Shown here: positions 16,451 to 19,892 of the stretch, in pieces
How positions within the stretch are numbered: position 1 is the stretch's first letter
Layout of the letters: every line of letters begins with the position of its first letter
NCBI GenBank assembly: GCA_051439425.1
Contig: JBFRWD010000022.1
Span: 1-19,892 of the forward strand
Direction: 5' to 3'
DNA: 19,892 nt
From: Synechococcus sp.
GTDB lineage: Bacteria > Cyanobacteriota > Cyanobacteriia > Thermostichales > PCC-7336
The notes under the pieces: model-generated
Database searches by the model: none
Seen by the model: only the letters and a program-made list of their open reading frames with translations
Told to the model about the DNA's origin: nothing
Made by a program: the position numbers and the translations under genes

Positions 16451-17209
16451 ATGCATCATCTAACAAAGCTTTGGACAGGAATTGGCACCTTTGCCGTTGT
16501 TTGTGCTGGCTTAGCTCAAGTGCCTCATGTCCTAGAGGCACAGGCGGCAGAAGAGGTTCTGGCTGAAGATAGGCCGATTGAATTCGTTGAAAACGCTAAT
16601 GCTGAAACTTGGATCGCGGAAGGCGGCGAAGGAGGCGAAGGAGATGCTTTCGAAGACATCTTGAGTGGTACCGACCTGCGCGATGCTCTGCTCGATGGTG
16701 GCCATGTCATCTACTTCCGCCATGCTTCTACAGAAAAAGACTATGCCGACCAAGCAGACCCGAATATCGAATTATCAGACTGCTCTACCCAACGGACATT
16801 GAGCGAGTATGGCTGGAATCAGTCTTTGACTATCCGAGATGCCTTTCAAGAGATGGACATCCCTGTCGGCGAAGTAATTTCCAGTGAGTACTGTCGAGCT
16901 TGGCAGACTGCCCAACTTGCCTTCGACACGTATGAAAAAACATCGGATCTAAACTTCTTTCCTGCAGAAGAATATACTGACGAGCAGTTCGCTCAGATGC
17001 GCGATGCTGTGATGCCTTATCTGACGGAACCCGTTGAGGCAGGCACCAACAGGGTTTTAGTTGGTCACGATGACGTATTTGAATCTGCAGCAGGTATTTA
17101 TCCCGAACCTCAAGGAATCGCCTATATTTTGACTCCTGATGGAAACGGTGGATTTACTCTAGTGGCTAATATGAACCCAGAAGATTGGGCTCTGATGGCT
17201 GGGCTCTAA
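16451..17209 (+). CDS. Exported histidine phosphatase family (phosphoglycerate mutase-like) protein
   Basis: VIYFRHA, SSEYCRAWQTA and LVGH catalytic motifs, plus a signal-like N-terminus. Start placed at ATG 16451 behind GGAGGA instead of TTG 16352. Confidence 0.85.
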   Translation: MHHLTKLWTGIGTFAVVCAGLAQVPHVLEAQAAEEVLAEDRPIEFVENANAETWIAEGGEGGEGDAFEDILSGTDLRDALLDGGHVIYFRHASTEKDYADQADPNIELSDCSTQRTLSEYGWNQSLTIRDAFQEMDIPVGEVISSEYCRAWQTAQLAFDTYEKTSDLNFFPAEEYTDEQFAQMRDAVMPYLTEPVEAGTNRVLVGHDDVFESAAGIYPEPQGIAYILTPDGNGGFTLVANMNPEDWALMAGL

Positions 17210-17236
17210 GAGTAATTCTTTCCTGAGAGCATCCAA

Positions 17237-17260
17237 TGACCGTCACATCTGTGACGGTCA
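17237..17260. terminator. Perfect 11-bp inverted repeat downstream of the phosphatase gene (3' stem-loop)
   Basis: TGACCGTCACA-TC-TGTGACGGTCA, no U tract. Confidence 0.5.
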
Positions 17261-17616
17261 GAGTCTCTTGAACTTCAATCGTAAATCAAGTGAGAATGTC
17301 AGTGGCGCCTTGAAGGAAGCCATCAAATATATATGAGAGACCTCGACAATATTTGACCGATAGAGCCTCCAGAGCCAGTGCTACGAAAAGTAACTTGCCA
17401 TCTTCCGGTAGAGATACTAAGGCGTTCGGTAATTCGCTATTGAGGCCTTGCCGAGCATCGTTGAATATACAGTTAGGCTTTGAAGCATCTCCACGCTTCA
17501 GACCTTGCAGCTGATTGCTATGCTTTTCCCCGTAGCGCCCCATCATAGGCCACCTGTGGGGACTACCCTACGATTCAAGACCTCTCGTTATCGGTCACAG
17601 ATTTGTGATTAATTTT

Positions 17617-18576
17617 CTAGCTATTACTTGAACATTGCTCTGCTAAGAAATGCCGATAAACGATGTACTGAAAGGAAATGGATTGAGAGTAGCCTGCAGT
17701 TAATAATGTTGCGTGCAGTTGAGAATTGGCAGGAAAGAATCCACATACTTGTGTGAATCCTAAGCGCTCGGCCAATCGGCGCAGTGCTCCGTAAAACTCA
17801 TACTCGCGCTTCCAAATATCGCAAAGACCCACCCACAAGCTGCCATCGGGATTCTCCATCTCACTCTGGACGAATAGCCCTGCGAACTCTCCATTTTGAT
17901 GAAAACTCCAGAGGCAATCGCGATGACGTAAATTCTTCAGTTGGGATGGGGTCAGAGTTTGCCATTTGGCTCCCCGGCAAACATAGAGAGGCGGATTGGT
18001 ATTGCGATCGCTCCACTGTCTCAGCTCGAACTCAGTAGTGGGGGACAAATCGCGAGCGGGTTCGTGAATGGTAGGAGCAGTGTAAATGGTGTACGGAGTG
18101 ACCGTCTGATAATTGGATCGACGGGCAATTTCGGTCATCACCTCGTTGTTGGACGCGATACAAGTGCGGTAGATGCGGGCACCGCGTTCCTGTAGCCTGT
18201 CGTACAGGTTGGCTTCCAGTTGTCGGAAAATACCTTGACGACGATAGTGGCGATCGACGCGAATACCTTCTAGCCAAGCCTCGCGATCGCTCATCATCAA
18301 GCCGCGCCCTACTGCGACAGGGATTTTGTTAAGGGTGGCCACTAGCATGACGCCACGACTGTCGTCGATCCAGCGATCCCAGACCTGGTCAATGTAATCA
18401 ACTTGGTCATCCCAGGTGGTGCGGCAAAAAGCCAACACTGCGTCTTTGTCGGAGGGAAGTGCTGGACGGATACCAAGGTTGGGTGATGGGATAGGTTGGG
18501 GGGTGATCGGCAACAGAGCAGACTCCAGCGTATGACAGACTGAAGGATTGTCTGCGATCGCACCGCATACTGGCAA
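17617..18576 (-). CDS. GNAT family N-acetyltransferase
   Basis: IRPA...DKDAV, AWLEGIRVDRHYRRQGIF (acetyl-CoA motif A) and a downstream Asn in SNN. Start uncertain. Confidence 0.82.
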   Translation of the reverse strand: MPVCGAIADNPSVCHTLESALLPITPQPIPSPNLGIRPALPSDKDAVLAFCRTTWDDQVDYIDQVWDRWIDDSRGVMLVATLNKIPVAVGRGLMMSDREAWLEGIRVDRHYRRQGIFRQLEANLYDRLQERGARIYRTCIASNNEVMTEIARRSNYQTVTPYTIYTAPTIHEPARDLSPTTEFELRQWSDRNTNPPLYVCRGAKWQTLTPSQLKNLRHRDCLWSFHQNGEFAGLFVQSEMENPDGSLWVGLCDIWKREYEFYGALRRLAERLGFTQVCGFFPANSQLHATLLTAGYSQSISFQYIVYRHFLAEQCSSNS

Positions 18577-18597
18577 GATTCATTGCTACGCAACACG

Positions 18598-18628
18598 AAA
18601 GTGCAGAGACTTAAAGCCTCTGCACTTT
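18598..18628 (-). terminator. Probable (bidirectional) terminator downstream of the GH57 gene
   Basis: AAAGTGCAGAG-N9-CTCTGCACTTT perfect 11-bp inverted repeat. Confidence 0.6.
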
Positions 18629-18757
18629 GCAGAATTAAGAAAAATTAGTGAATGGACTTGTCCCAATACAGGGAGTATCGAGCGACATCCTCCGTCAAAT
18701 TATTGGACATGGAGAAGCGATACGAGATCGATTCCGATAGGCGAATCCAAGCGAGGT

Positions 18758-19891
18758 CTAAGCCGCAACGGCAGTCAAGGGCCGGTAGCTGCGGTAGTTG
18801 ATGTCGGGGAAGATGTTGTCCATATACTCGACACTTTCCAACCACTGCTCGTCTATTTTCCCTTGGTTGAGAGACTCGTAGAGGCGATTGAAGCGTAATA
18901 GGTGCGATCGCGTCCGCCGAACAGCATACGGAACCATCGTGCCTGTCTTCATGATAAATGCCCAGTCAGAGGATTGTGCCAGCAATAGCTCGCGGGCCGC
19001 CTGATTCAATGCTCTCCATTCCACCTCATCGACAGGCTCTCGGTAACTCAGCTCGATCATCCGCTCTGCTGCTTTGTGTAGGTGGGGATAAATCCAGGAG
19101 TTGGTTTCGTTCAGCCAATACTCGTGGAACCCTTTCGCCCCCCAACTGGACTGGGCCGGACGGCACACTTGCTGCGTGGGATTTTCCTGCAGGTACTCCG
19201 CCAAATGAGTCATGCGGAAGGTGTTTTGATCGTAGTGGCTCTTACGAATGAAGTAGTCAATAAACCACGGACCTTCAAACCACCAGTGACCAAACAGTTC
19301 TGCGTCGTAAGGAGATACCACAATGGGAGGGCGGCCCATTACATTGGCTAAACCCTCAATTTGACGCTCGCGGTTGAACATGAAGTTACCAGCATGCTCT
19401 GCCGCTTTCTCTCGTGCCCAGTAAGGATCGTAGAGTTCTTTGTCGCCTAAGCCGAGGCCTCTACCCGTAATCTTGTGGTATTTGATGCCGGTGTTCTTAC
19501 GCTGGCCGTTGGGCATGATGTACGGCTTGATGTACTCGTAATCTGCCTCGAAACCGAGATCCTTATAGAACTCGCGGTAGTTGGGATCGCCGGGATAGCC
19601 CACTTGTGCCGACCACACCTGCTGAGAGGATTCGTGGTCGCGCCCGAACACAGCAGCGCCAGACTCGGTGAATATGGGGGCGTAAGTGCCGAACTTGGGA
19701 CGGGGTTTGGCATACAGAACACCGTGGCCATCCGTCAGCATGTAGCGCAGACCGACATCGGCAATCATGCGTTCCAGGCCGGGATAGTAGGCGCATTCCG
19801 GTAGCCAGATGCCGCGGGGCCAGCGGCCAAAGTTGTCGTTATAGTGCTGGCAGGCCACTTCCAACTGCGCCCACACTGCCTCGGGATACAT
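18758..19891 (-). CDS. Glycoside hydrolase family 57 (1,4-alpha-glucan branching enzyme type, DUF1957), 5' end outside the window
   Basis: GIWLPECAY (nucleophile Glu), PYDAELFGHWWFEG (acid/base Asp), SSWG and ARELLLAQSSDW. Confidence 0.93.
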   Translation of the reverse strand: MYPEAVWAQLEVACQHYNDNFGRWPRGIWLPECAYYPGLERMIADVGLRYMLTDGHGVLYAKPRPKFGTYAPIFTESGAAVFGRDHESSQQVWSAQVGYPGDPNYREFYKDLGFEADYEYIKPYIMPNGQRKNTGIKYHKITGRGLGLGDKELYDPYWAREKAAEHAGNFMFNRERQIEGLANVMGRPPIVVSPYDAELFGHWWFEGPWFIDYFIRKSHYDQNTFRMTHLAEYLQENPTQQVCRPAQSSWGAKGFHEYWLNETNSWIYPHLHKAAERMIELSYREPVDEVEWRALNQAARELLLAQSSDWAFIMKTGTMVPYAVRRTRSHLLRFNRLYESLNQGKIDEQWLESVEYMDNIFPDINYRSYRPLTAVAA

Positions 19892-19892
19892 T

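Larger units (their letters stand above)
974..18911. repeat. Dispersed HIP1 octamers (GCGATCGC)
   Basis: About 15 copies counted by eye (e.g. 974, 1715, 15111, 18904) against fewer than 1 expected by chance. A cyanobacterial genome signature. Confidence 0.9.

Noticed and set aside
17286..17546. 86-aa - strand ORF between the phosphatase and GNAT genes
   Set aside because: No recognisable motif. It could be a small gene or fragment but cannot be supported from the sequence alone.
17237..17609. TCACA...TGTGA palindromes at 17237-17260 and about 17594-17609 as CRP sites
   Set aside because: The half-sites are in the wrong order and spacing, and both lie downstream of convergent genes. They are better explained as 3' hairpins.
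354..19804. Numerous 60-160 aa ORFs overlapping the called genes on other frames or strands
   Set aside because: Shadow ORFs of well-supported genes with no motifs of their own.

Overview
Cyanobacterial chromosomal window (about 15 HIP1 GCGATCGC octamers counted by eye, plus isiA/psaL genes). Left to right: (1) a + strand tetrapyrrole/low-oxygen-type cluster, hemF-ho2-hemJ-desC-NrdG-like radical SAM. (2) A - strand block of a 5'-truncated Tll0287-like c-heme gene, DUF3122, a radical SAM protein and a Nudix-fold protein. (3) An accessory-type rsgA preceded by a 23-codon leader ORF with mutually exclusive hairpins, one of which masks the rsgA ribosome-binding site (candidate translational attenuator). 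(4) A Fur-boxed iron-starvation island on the - strand: a divergent isiA, an isiA-psaL fusion, isiB (flavodoxin), isiC and two tandem Crp/Fnr regulators with different recognition helices. The island also holds a perfect CRP box upstream of isiA, a 24-25 bp tandem repeat and candidate sRNAs. (5) A secreted histidine phosphatase, a GNAT acetyltransferase and the 3' part of a GH57 branching enzyme. No CRISPR array, transposase, tRNA or rRNA was recognised. All homology calls come from recalled motifs, not database searches.
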